Assembly (NCBI GenBank): GCA_011389765.1
Contig: JAABTT010000006.1
Location: 7,483-71,482 of the forward strand
Length of the DNA: 64,000 nucleotides
Reading direction: 5' to 3'
Origin: Desulfohalobiaceae bacterium S24
GTDB lineage: Bacteria > Desulfobacterota > Desulfovibrionia > Desulfovibrionales > Desulfothermaceae
Below the pieces are notes generated by a model. That model worked only from the letters and a program-made list of their open reading frames with translations. It was not told the origin of the DNA and made no database searches. This document shows, piece after piece, positions 10,301-17,578 of the stretch (the first letter of the stretch is position 1; the number at the start of each line of letters is the position of its first letter). A program made the translations under genes and the position numbers.

Positions 10301-10384
10301 CAAGGCCTCGTTGTTCCTGTCCGCGGTTTCGCCCTGGGTCTTTCCTGCCTCCGGCGCGACCTGATTCTTGTGTTCTTTGCTCAT
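7307..10384 (-). CDS. CheB methylesterase / CheR methyltransferase / PAS fusion protein
   Basis: 1025-aa ORF. CheB-like IGLGASAGGLDAL, CheR SAM motif VWVPGCSSGEEAYSLAM, a long heptad coiled coil (NEELQS-type repeats) and C-terminal PAS-like domains. Confidence 0.88.
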   Translation of the reverse strand: MSKEHKNQVAPEAGKTQGETADRNNEALKSGKGKTEEEQETAGSEDRSSRSQSSDESPVQDLPVIGLGASAGGLDALKSFFSKVREGSGMAYIVLMHLSPDQPSMLPELLQKSSSIPAAMAEDGVRIVPDRIYVIPPRKEVSIYNNTIQLLENKDNISSMPIDYFFRSLAADKKSRTAAVILSGTGSDGSVGLKDIKSNDGLVLAQSGDTAKYDGMPWSAQKTGLVDIVMAPQDMPEKLERYFDQRMKVEKEEGQQPDNRKPLHKIFAMLRVQVGHDFSNYKTNTIQRRINRRMILNQIQSHDDYLRFLRQDRHEVDALFREMLIGVTNFFRDPKSFEVLKQEILPKVMATLKNDSTFRVWVPGCSSGEEAYSLAMVIQECQDDLSKRITLQIFGTDIDRQAIDKAREALYPSSIQADVSHERLQRFFYKEGDGFRIRKQVRETMVFSVQDVLKDPPFSRLNLLCCRNLLIYLNPDAQKKLLPLFHYTLIPQGILMLGSSETVGGFTNLFHCLNSSWKIYQRREIPESMRERIQFPTGSPGERSEVPESVPPPAQQRADLDKLSRDLLQQRFAPPGVLVDSKGKVLHILGRTGKYLEPASGPPSQNILDMAREGLRVELSMAMRKAAASQEEILRKRIRVTINGGSQEIDLHVLPLTTPKALAGNMLVVFEDVDSSHREPPESRDDRQQPEQNQYEERIQALEDELQNTRESHQTTVEELESSNEELKSTNEELQSSNEELQSTNEEMESSKEELQSLNEELETVNSELQSKVEELSEAHDDITNLLNATEIATIFVDNELRIKRFSCEATRVVNLIDSDVGRPLKDQSTRLKQVNIIRDIKQVLDELSTLEKEVQTDQGTWYKMRIRPYRTSDNNIRGAVLTFTDVDDQKKNQQKLEEINFKQEQAWFLVRSIFDMSATPKAVLDNRGRLVIANSALCRLASLDPEAVKEQDIFALKAFPLDRLDLGTKLTAALDKDQNFDTETFPVDTPEGSKTLYIQGRIIPKSHQRPYRLLLSVQDQTSDD

Positions 10385-10486
10385 CCCAAGCCCCGGTCAT
10401 AGGTTTTCCTTCCCGGTCAATGAAGGTACGAATCGTTCCCATCTCGTTTACAGCCCTATATTCGCATTTCAGGGCGGAGATGGCAA

Positions 10487-10535
10487 ATCCGAAATCAAAT
10501 CAGATCCGAAATCAAATCAGAATTTGATTTCGGAT
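10487..10535. repeat. Three copies of ATCCGAAATCAAAT (two direct 17-nt units plus one inverted) abutting the MITE
   Basis: ATCCGAAATCAAATCAG occurs at 10487-10503 and 10504-10520. AATTTGATTTCGGAT at 10521-10535 is the inverted copy and can pair with the second unit. Confidence 0.7.
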
Positions 10536-10536
10536 A

Positions 10537-10626
10537 TATACTGCTCTAACGTACCTTTTTCAAAATTCTGTCGTTGAAATCAAAGGACAATCAGTCTTTG
10601 TTTCAAAAACAAAATTGGATCAGTTA
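10537..10626. mobile_element. MITE family A, copy A1 (about 90 bp)
   Basis: Left end TATACTGCTCT, right end GGATCAGTTA (a degenerate copy of GGATCAGTATA). The interior aligns with 58330-58421 (CTGTCGTTGA...GGACAATCAGTCTTTGTTTCAAAAAC.AAAATTGGATCAG). Confidence 0.75.
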
Positions 10627-10862
10627 TCCTCGCATTTGATAAAGCTTTTTACTTGCAACCCGCTCTCTTGTGGACCTATTTCAACATGCAGGGGAATACC
10701 TTTGTGTTTTGAAGTGATAGGAAGGACCACCACAAGTCCGGCAGGTCCAATATTGAAGGTATTTTCCGAAAGAACAAGCCCGGGGCGTTTTCCTGCTTGT
10801 TCATGCCCTCTGGCCGGATTAAGATCAATGGACCAAATATCTCCTCTGAGAGGCTTCAACAT
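10620..10862 (-). CDS. mazF: MazF/PemK-family toxin, apparently C-terminally truncated (80 aa)
   Basis: LRGDIWSIDLNPARGHEQAGKRPGLVLS...VVLPITS is MazF/PemK-like. From memory, family members are about 105-115 aa. Here the frame ends ...FIKCEDN* with the TGA inside the MITE terminal repeat. Confidence 0.7.
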   Translation of the reverse strand: MLKPLRGDIWSIDLNPARGHEQAGKRPGLVLSENTFNIGPAGLVVVLPITSKHKGIPLHVEIGPQESGLQVKSFIKCEDN

Positions 10863-11116
10863 AGTTGCTCATCACCAGACAGGTCATCCTCTATTGTCTG
10901 GTCCCAAGAGTCCCGTTCCCAAACTTCTTCGTTCCATGCATCCTTATCCTCGCGCAAGGCCGCATAGGCTTGATTGGTTTTGTGCAAAATCAGCTCACGG
11001 CGATAGCGCTCAATGGCTTTTTCCAAAATCAACTGCATGGGCGAGTTTTCGATTTGCGCCACCTCTTTAAGCAACTGATGCGAAGCAACTGAAATGCGTA
11101 TGGTCGATGTCTGCAT
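10856..11116 (-). CDS. Antitoxin (RHH/MazE-like) of the mazF-like toxin
   Basis: 86-aa ORF directly upstream, overlapping the toxin start by 7 nt. N-terminal TIRISVASHQLLKEVAQ pattern and an acidic C-terminus. Confidence 0.65.
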   Translation of the reverse strand: MQTSTIRISVASHQLLKEVAQIENSPMQLILEKAIERYRRELILHKTNQAYAALREDKDAWNEEVWERDSWDQTIEDDLSGDEQLC

Positions 11117-11236
11117 ATAATATGCCTCCTTATGCCTACAGATTAGTCTACATCTAACTCCAAGTCAAGATTATCCATCAGGCCTAGAACCGAAATGTTT
11201 CCCCACCACTCCCCCAACCCTATGTTTTGGTTTGTT

Positions 11237-11518
11237 CTTTGATTCATCATTCGACGTTGAACGTTCGATGTTCGACGTTCATTCTCCCTGCCTTTCCTCG
11301 TATGAAACTTCAAATTCCTCTCATCAGGGTCGGTATCGGTATCGAGAAATGATATGATGAGGATTAAGACTTCGATTCCGATAGCGATAGCGATCCCGAC
11401 CGGGATTTCTTCCTGAGGTTTCTTCATTGATCAAACTGGCCGGTCCGTCCGGCCAGCGGCAGGGCTGACCTCTGATCTCTGATCTCTGACCTCTTCCCCC
11501 CACACTCCCCTCCCTCAC
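11237..11518. repeat. Composite repeat: family B unit fused to family C module (copy C1)
   Basis: Aligns block by block with 54927-55290. Shared blocks: ...TTCATTCTCCCTGCCTTTCCT(C/G)GTATGAAACTTCA..., hexamer runs (GGTATCGGTATCG / CGATAGCGATAGCGAT), GATGAGGATTAAGACTTCGATTCCG, TTGATCAAACTGGCCGGTCCG.CCGGCCAGCGGC, and a CT-rich tail (CTCTGAT repeats). Confidence 0.85.
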
Positions 11519-11605
11519 TTTCTTCTACCCTTTTTTTCACCCTTTGCCGGTCCGCACTTTTCGGATATCCTGAATTGAAATTTCAACATACAGGAGTGTA
11601 CCGCC

Positions 11606-11818
11606 ATGAACCAAGAGATTGGAGAGACCGCCGGCATCATTTGGAACCTTCTTCTGGAGGAAAAGAGTCTGAGCGTTTCCGGAATCGCCAAGAAGACGAA
11701 TCGTTCCCAGGCCCTGGTCAACATGGGACTGGGCTGGCTGGCCAGGGAGGGCAAAATCGAATTCAGCAAAAGCACTCGCGGACATTACGTCAGCCTGAAG
11801 TGTGAACAGGAGGTCTGA
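11606..11818 (+). CDS. Small winged-helix DNA-binding protein (DUF2582-like)
   Basis: 70-aa ORF with CAGGAG before the ATG. IGETAGIIWNLL...LGWLAREGKI resembles the winged-helix family I remember as DUF2582. Confidence 0.55.
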   Translation: MNQEIGETAGIIWNLLLEEKSLSVSGIAKKTNRSQALVNMGLGWLAREGKIEFSKSTRGHYVSLKCEQEV

Positions 11819-11878
11819 AAATGGAATTCCTTTTAGGACTGAACATCTGGTTTTTCGCCGGGCCTCGGAAGGCGATAG

Positions 11879-12040
11879 CTGTCGGTGATTCCTCCAATAG
11901 ATAAGCAAGTTATCAGCGGTTCTATTGTCAATATCTCCTCGATCGCCGGGCGAAACGGCATTCCCGGCCATGTGCTCTACAGCGCCAGCAAGGGGGCGGT
12001 CATTACCATGACCAAGGACACCGCATATCTTCCTCTTTAA
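11879..12040 (+). pseudogene. Fragment of a short-chain dehydrogenase/reductase (central catalytic region only)
   Basis: My translation is ...GSIVNISSIAGRNGIPGHVLYSASKGAVITMTKDTAYLPL*. It contains the SDR NISS and YxxxK (YSASK) motifs. Only about 53 codons lie between stops, and the Rossmann N-terminus is absent. Confidence 0.65.
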
Positions 12041-12200
12041 ACCGTGAACCGTGAACCATATTTAACAAGGACTTCAACTGCTTCGGAGCAACACATTGTC
12101 TTGTTCCCTATGACAGAGCAAAAAGGACAGGCCCGAGAGAAAATTCAAGAGCAACGCCCGCCCTTTACGTCGGCCGCTGTGGATAAGGATGCCGAAATCG

Positions 12201-12623
12201 CTATTTCAGGATCAGGACCGGGCACTGGGCAAGCCGCAGCACCCGTTCGGCCACTGAACCGATCATGTGCTCTTTCATGCCTTTTCTACCGTATGAGGTC
12301 ATGACAATGAGATCCGCCTGAACGGATTCGGCGAATTCCGGGATCACCGCTCCGGGCTCACCTTTATCAACATGAATATTGACCCCGGGGAACTCGGAGG
12401 CCATTTTTTCTCTGAGAATCTCCTCGGATACTTTCGGTCGATCGTCGGTGAACTCTTTGCCCAATAATCCGCCCACTAGCGCCGGGTTAATCTCCCTGAC
12501 CACATGAATGATGTGGATGTTTGTGTTTTCGGTTGTAAAATCCGCGGCAACCTTGACGGCCGAGTAGGTAATCTCGGACAGGTCAACCGGAACCACGACT
12601 CGCTCTTTGTCTGTCCAGGCCAT
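12201..12623 (-). CDS. Universal stress protein (single USP domain)
   Basis: 140-aa ORF. VVPVDLSE...IHIIHVV...ADLIVMTSYGRKG...GSVAERVLRLAQCPVLILK is the canonical USP pattern. Confidence 0.88.
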   Translation of the reverse strand: MAWTDKERVVVPVDLSEITYSAVKVAADFTTENTNIHIIHVVREINPALVGGLLGKEFTDDRPKVSEEILREKMASEFPGVNIHVDKGEPGAVIPEFAESVQADLIVMTSYGRKGMKEHMIGSVAERVLRLAQCPVLILK

Positions 12624-12637
12624 ACATGCCTCCTCTC

Positions 12638-12669
12638 TCCGGAATCAGGCGAAGACGTCTGATTCCGGA
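12638..12669 (-). other. Perfect 11-bp-arm hairpin in the USP 5' leader, ending next to the SD
   Basis: TCCGGAATCAG-N10-CTGATTCCGGA, extendable by about 3 further pairs. In mRNA sense it ends next to GAGAGGAGG, just upstream of ATG 12623. Confidence 0.5.
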
Positions 12670-12737
12670 TATAATTATTTTGATTTCAAAGTTTGACATC
12701 AGCCCCTTTGGGGAGTTGGCTGGTGTGGGCTAAAATT

Positions 12738-12839
12738 TTCATTTCTTTATTCATCATTCAGCTTTGGACGTTCGATGTTCGATGTTCATTCTGAAAGCAG
12801 AATGTGAACGTTCAACATCGAACGTTGAACGTCAAATTG
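12738..12839. repeat. Family B repeats, inverted pair (head to head)
   Basis: ...GGACGTTCGATGTTCGATGTTCATTCTG AAAG CAGAATGTGAACGTTCAACATCGAACGTTGAACGTC... forms a long imperfect palindrome. Confidence 0.85.
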
Positions 12840-12858
12840 TGTGCGTTTCCACCAGCCA

Positions 12859-13248
12859 CTAGCTCACCTGAATCTCTTTGGCACTTTCCCAGAGTCCATG
12901 GATATTGCAAAAGGCCATGGCCACAATCCGGCCCGGGACATTGGTCTTTAGGGAACAGATCACCTCGTGGTGGGTGTAGACCGGCCCTGTGTTCGGACCC
13001 TTGGCGGATTCGCCGTGGGCGGTGAATTCAAAGTTTCCCACTTCATAGGCAGTGCCGTCAGCCGGTTTGAAATAAATCCGTACCCACCGGATGTGATGTT
13101 CAGTGGTGTTCGGATGGGCCACTTCCCTGCCCAGGGATACCTTGAGATCAAAAAAGTCACCATTCGGCACTGTGTCCGGGCATTCGATGACCGGGACGTG
13201 TTTTTCCGTTTTCCAGTCCGCAGTTTGAAACAGTTCGTCAACACTCAT
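12859..13248 (-). CDS. Superoxide reductase, 1Fe type (neelaredoxin-like)
   Basis: The track ORF extends to 13332, but ATG 13248 has AGGAG 7 nt upstream. Motifs: EKHVPVIE, HPNTTEHHIRW, CNIHGLWE (the SOR iron ligands). There is no desulforedoxin N-domain. Confidence 0.88.
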   Translation of the reverse strand: MSVDELFQTADWKTEKHVPVIECPDTVPNGDFFDLKVSLGREVAHPNTTEHHIRWVRIYFKPADGTAYEVGNFEFTAHGESAKGPNTGPVYTHHEVICSLKTNVPGRIVAMAFCNIHGLWESAKEIQVS

Positions 13249-13530
13249 GATGCACTCCTGTTGGTTTTGATTGAACAATTGTCCCAAAAATGGACTATCA
13301 GATCCATCTTTGTTGTTTTCAGAATGCATCAAGTCTATCCCGGAACAGTGTCTCCGACAAGGTGATTTATGGGGGATATTTCTTCCTTAGCCCAAAGGTT
13401 CCAGGTTAGACCAGGACTTCAAATAGTTCGGGGCAACAGATTTTTAAATTCATCGATAAGGCGCCTTTAATAGTGCTGGTGTATTTCCGGGATTGTAAAG
13501 TAACTTGAAAAGAGCTACACTTTTTTTGCT

Positions 13531-15924
13531 ATGAATATTTCGCAGCAAACTATACCCCCTGATCGGATCTGGACCTTCGGTTATGCTGGACTGGGGCTCC
13601 TGCTTCTGGCGGGACTGTTTGTCATCAGCCGTTTCAATTATCTTCTGTTTCACGGTGTTGCCGAGTTGTTCTCCATTGCCGTGGCCTGGAGCGTCTTCCT
13701 CCTGGTCTGGAACGTCCGGCGGTATATGCAGAATGACGCCCTGTTTTTTCTGGGCGTTGCCTATTTTTTTGTCGGTTTTTTCGACCTGCTGCACACCCTG
13801 GCCTACAAAGGCATGGGCGTGTTTCAGGTCCAGGACCCTTCCAACCTGGCCACCCAGTTCTGGATTTCCGGCCGCGGTTTCGAAGCCCTGGCCCTGCTCT
13901 GCTTCCCCCTGCTTCTGGGAAAAAGGATCCGCTCCTCCCTGATGATGGGACTCTGTCTCGGGAGTACGGTCCTGCTCCTGGCCGCCATTTTTGTCTGGGA
14001 CGTCTTTCCGGTCTGCTATACCCCGGCCACGGGATTGACCCCCTTCAAGATCTGGAGCGAATTTATCCTCTGCGCCCTCATCCTGGCGGGCCTGCTTTTT
14101 CTGCACCGCAAGCGGCATCTCCTGGATGCAGCGGTGTATTTTTACATGGCGGCGGCCATGGGCCTGACCATTGCTGCGGAACTCTTCTTCACCCTGTATG
14201 CGGATGTCTACGGGCTGAGCAATCTGATCGGCCACTTCCTGAAGATTGTGTCCTTTGTTTGTATCTACTGCGGCTTGATCCGCTCCGGTTTGACCCGACC
14301 CTATGCCGTCCTGTTCAATGAATTGGAACGGAAAAAAGAAGCTTATCGGAGCAGCGAAGAGCGTTTTCGCCTGCTCTTTGAAAATGCGGTGACTGCCGTG
14401 GCTCTTCATGAAATCGTGTTAAACGAGCAGGGAGAGCCAGTCGACTATGTTTTTCTCGAAGCCAATGCCGCCTTTGAAAAGCACACCGGACTTCGGGTTG
14501 AGGATGTGCTTGGACGGAGGATCTCGGAGATCCTGCCGGGACTAGAACACTCCCCGTTTCTTGAAATCTACGGCAAAGTCGTCCAGACCGGTCAGGCCAT
14601 GAGTTTTGAGCAGTATTCCGAGGAATTGGGCCGACACTACTTCATCAATGCCTACAAGATCAGGCATGATCAATTCGCGACCATTTTTCAGGATATCAGC
14701 CACCGGAAAGAAACCGAAAAAATCCTGCTGCAGGCCAAGCAACAGGCCGAACAGGCCAACAGGGCCAAATCGGATTTTTTGGCCAAGATGAGTCACGAAA
14801 TCCGGACCCCAATGAATTCCATCATGGGCATGCATCGGCTGGTCCTTTCCGGCGACCTGACACCCAAGCAGCGTAAGCGTATTCGGGTGGCCAAGGATGC
14901 GGCCGAATCGCTTCTCTGGCTCTTGAACGATCTCCTGGACCTCTCCAGGATCGAGGCGGGCCGGTTCGAACTCCATGAAAAGGAGTTCAGGCCCCGGCGA
15001 ATGCTCGTGAATGTCCTCAAGGAAATGGAACTGCCGGCCTCGGAAAAAGGGCTGAAGCTGTTTCTGACCATGGATCGCGAACTCCCCCAGAACTCTCTCG
15101 GCGATCCGCTCAGACTGAAGCAGATTTTGATCAATCTGGTGAGCAATGCCATCAAGTACACCGAGCAGGGCGAGATCTCCCTGGCCGCCTATCCCCTGGA
15201 ATCGGACAAGGATACATCATCCGGGGAGGAAGACCTCGTTCAGGTTCAATTCGAGGTCCGGGATACCGGAGTGGGAATTTCAGAGGCAAGATTGCGGAAA
15301 ATTTTCAAGTCCTATGAACAGGGCACTGATATGTCTCTGTCCGTGGAACAGGGGGTCGGCCTGGGGCTGGCCATCTGCAAACGGCTCAGCCTGCAGATGG
15401 ACGGAGCGGTCTGGGCCGAGAGCCGGCCCGGAAAAGGCAGTACCTTTTTCTTGAAGGTTCCTTTGCGAGTGCTTGCAGCACAATCCAATCCGGCTGTGGA
15501 GGAGGCGTCGAGCTCGAATGAGAAATCCTGGAACGATCTCGGAAAACTGAACATCCTGCTGGTCGAAGATCAGAAGATGAACCAGATCTTTGCCCAGGAT
15601 CTGCTCACCACCCAGGGGCATGTGGTGGACATTGCCGAAGACGGACAGCAGGCCCTGGACCTCCTCAGCCGCAGGAGTTTCGATCTCGTGCTCATGGACA
15701 TCAAGATGCCGGGCATGGACGGCATCGAGGCCACCCGGCGCATTCGGACCGCGGACAAGGTGCTCATGAATCCGGACATCCCGATCATCGCCCTCTCCGC
15801 CCATGTTCCGCCTCCGGAGGAAATGGAACGCTTCCGGCAATCCGGATTCGATGACTACCTGACCAAACCCCTCAATTTTGAAAACCTATTCGAGGCCATG
15901 CGCAGGGTGTTGAAGGAAGAATAA
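13531..15924 (+). CDS. Hybrid sensor histidine kinase (multi-TM MASE3-like sensor, PAS, HisKA, HATPase, REC)
   Basis: 797-aa ORF. About 7 hydrophobic segments at the N-terminus, H-box FLAKMSHEIRTPMNSI, LVSNAIKYT, VRDTGVGI, GVGLGLAICKRL, and receiver LLVEDQKMN...LMDIKMPGMDG. Paralogous to the kinase at 912-2717. Confidence 0.9.
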   Translation: MNISQQTIPPDRIWTFGYAGLGLLLLAGLFVISRFNYLLFHGVAELFSIAVAWSVFLLVWNVRRYMQNDALFFLGVAYFFVGFFDLLHTLAYKGMGVFQVQDPSNLATQFWISGRGFEALALLCFPLLLGKRIRSSLMMGLCLGSTVLLLAAIFVWDVFPVCYTPATGLTPFKIWSEFILCALILAGLLFLHRKRHLLDAAVYFYMAAAMGLTIAAELFFTLYADVYGLSNLIGHFLKIVSFVCIYCGLIRSGLTRPYAVLFNELERKKEAYRSSEERFRLLFENAVTAVALHEIVLNEQGEPVDYVFLEANAAFEKHTGLRVEDVLGRRISEILPGLEHSPFLEIYGKVVQTGQAMSFEQYSEELGRHYFINAYKIRHDQFATIFQDISHRKETEKILLQAKQQAEQANRAKSDFLAKMSHEIRTPMNSIMGMHRLVLSGDLTPKQRKRIRVAKDAAESLLWLLNDLLDLSRIEAGRFELHEKEFRPRRMLVNVLKEMELPASEKGLKLFLTMDRELPQNSLGDPLRLKQILINLVSNAIKYTEQGEISLAAYPLESDKDTSSGEEDLVQVQFEVRDTGVGISEARLRKIFKSYEQGTDMSLSVEQGVGLGLAICKRLSLQMDGAVWAESRPGKGSTFFLKVPLRVLAAQSNPAVEEASSSNEKSWNDLGKLNILLVEDQKMNQIFAQDLLTTQGHVVDIAEDGQQALDLLSRRSFDLVLMDIKMPGMDGIEATRRIRTADKVLMNPDIPIIALSAHVPPPEEMERFRQSGFDDYLTKPLNFENLFEAMRRVLKEE

Positions 15925-15950
15925 AATCCGCGGCCCGGGCCGCGGATTTT
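15923..15950. terminator. Bidirectional intrinsic terminator between convergent genes
   Basis: Perfect 28-nt palindrome AAAATCCGCGGCCC/GGGCCGCGGATTTT followed by ATTTTTT. It overlaps both stop codons. Confidence 0.8.
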
Positions 15951-16257
15951 ATTTTTTGACCTTGGCGATCATTTCCTCGACTTCTTCGTACCCGTCCTTG
16001 TAGAACTTCTCTTCCTCGGGATCCAGCTCCCGCAAAAGTCGCAGGAACTCCCCGGCATGCTCCTTCTCCTCATTGGCGATATCCAGGAGCACCTCCTTGG
16101 CCAGTTCATTGTTCGTGCTCTCGGCGGTCTGCTGGTAGAGCTGGATGGCCTCGTATTCGGCCGCGATCATGTAGCGGATGGCCCGGACCAGTTCCTCATG
16201 GCTCAGCTTCCGATCGTTCTTCAGGATGGCAAAAGGATTTGAAAATTCAGGCATCAT
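15949..16257 (-). CDS. Small ferritin-like protein (rubrerythrin/EncFtn-like four-helix ferroxidase family)
   Basis: 102-aa ORF. AAEYEAIQLYQQ...ANEEKEHAGEFLRLLRELDP fits the E..A...YQQ / EE.EH pattern of encapsulin-associated ferritin-like proteins. No shell gene is adjacent. Confidence 0.7.
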   Translation of the reverse strand: MMPEFSNPFAILKNDRKLSHEELVRAIRYMIAAEYEAIQLYQQTAESTNNELAKEVLLDIANEEKEHAGEFLRLLRELDPEEEKFYKDGYEEVEEMIAKVKK

Positions 16258-16269
16258 CGACCTCCTTCA

Positions 16270-16304
16270 ATAATAATTTCTCAATTTCCTTGAGAAATTA
16301 TTAT
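16270..16304. promoter_or_regulatory. AT-rich perfect palindrome (15-bp arms) directly upstream of the ferritin-like gene
   Basis: ATAATAATTTCTCAA-TTTCC-TTGAGAAATTATTAT, 13-47 nt upstream of ATG 16257. Resembles Fur/PerR-type operators in composition only. Confidence 0.45.
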
Positions 16305-16471
16305 AAACCATGCCCTTTCCATTGACAAGAACAGGAGGAGGTTTTTTTCATTTTCTTGACCTCTGTCCCTGCTTGGGGCATGCTGTGCCGGTTGCTGAAT
16401 TTGCCGGTTGCTGAATTTGATTGACGCCGGCTCTCGCCGTATCTGTCGGAACAATCCCCAAGGAGACATCC

Positions 16472-17578
16472 ATGAAGCATATCGTTGACGGAAGCAGAGC
16501 TTCTTGTGCCGGGCGCATTTTCCGTCTTATAGGGCTGAGCCTCCTGTTTTTTTTGAGCTCCAGCGCCATGGCTCAACAAAACTGTATCCCGGTCGATCTG
16601 ACGGAGGTCGCCGCCACAGACCTTAATGAGACAATCGAAGCCATCGGGACCCTGGAAGCCAATCAGCAGGCGACCCTCAAGCCGGAGCTGGCCGGAACCA
16701 TAGAGGCTGTCCACTTTGAAGAGGGCAGCGCAGTGAGCAAAGAACAGCTCCTTTTTTCCATCGAAGACGACAAGTATCAGGCTCAATTCAGGGCCAAGGA
16801 GGCTGCATTACAGCAGCATAAAGCGGAGCTCGTGAATGCCCGCCGAAATTTTGAACGGAGAAAACGCCTTTTTGAAAAGAAACAAGTATCGGAAGAAGTC
16901 AGAGACGAAGCTGAAACCCAACTCAAAATCGCCCAGGCCGTGGTTCAGCGTCTGCAGTCAGAAATTGAGGAGTTCAAGGAAATCCTGAAAGACACCAAAA
17001 TCCGGGCGCCGTTTGACGGCATTGTGGGCGAGCTCCTCGTGGATCCGGGGAACTGGGTGGACGCGGGAACACCTCTTGCTGCACTCACCCAAAATGATCC
17101 CTTGCACATTGCTTTTACCCTCCCGGAAAAATCCATCGGCCGGGTTAAAATCGGACAACGGGCCCGGATTCAGGTTCCCGCCTCTCCAAAACAGCATTTT
17201 GACGGCCGGGTTTTTTTTATCAGCCCTCGAATTGAGATCAGTTCCCGATCCCTATTGGTCAAGGCCAAATTGGACAATCCGGACGATCGGCTCAAACCCG
17301 GGGGATTTGCCTCGGTTCAGCTCAAAGTCGGAACACGCAATGATGTCCCGGTAATACCGGAAGAAGCCCTTATCCCCACACGGACCGGCTATATGGTGTT
17401 TAGCGTCCAGGAGGGGCAGGCCCACGCCCGGCAGGTGGAGATCGGGCTGCGCAGGCCGGGCACAGTGGAGATTACAAGCGGACTGGATACAGACCAGACC
17501 ATCATTCGGGCCGGGCATGAGGACGTTCAGGAGGATGACCGGGTCTGCCCTGCCAAAAAGGAACAGAATACGCAATAA
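16472..17578 (+). CDS. RND efflux periplasmic adaptor (membrane fusion protein)
   Basis: The track ORF starts at 16421, but ATG 16472 follows AAGGAG. Signal/anchor segment, coiled-coil hairpin region, and IRAPFDGIVGE..VDPGNWV typical of HlyD/AcrA-like adaptors. Confidence 0.88.
   Translation: MKHIVDGSRASCAGRIFRLIGLSLLFFLSSSAMAQQNCIPVDLTEVAATDLNETIEAIGTLEANQQATLKPELAGTIEAVHFEEGSAVSKEQLLFSIEDDKYQAQFRAKEAALQQHKAELVNARRNFERRKRLFEKKQVSEEVRDEAETQLKIAQAVVQRLQSEIEEFKEILKDTKIRAPFDGIVGELLVDPGNWVDAGTPLAALTQNDPLHIAFTLPEKSIGRVKIGQRARIQVPASPKQHFDGRVFFISPRIEISSRSLLVKAKLDNPDDRLKPGGFASVQLKVGTRNDVPVIPEEALIPTRTGYMVFSVQEGQAHARQVEIGLRRPGTVEITSGLDTDQTIIRAGHEDVQEDDRVCPAKKEQNTQ

Noticed and set aside
11143-11427. 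94-aa ORF (MKKPQEEIPVGIAIAIGIEV...DTDTDPD...). Also ORFs at 455-781, 52078-52293, 52304-52600 and 21083-21512.
   Set aside because: They are translations of the repeat families: hexamer runs give IAIAIG/DTDTD, and B units give FDVGRSMFDVHS. The same pseudo-peptides recur wherever the repeat occurs.
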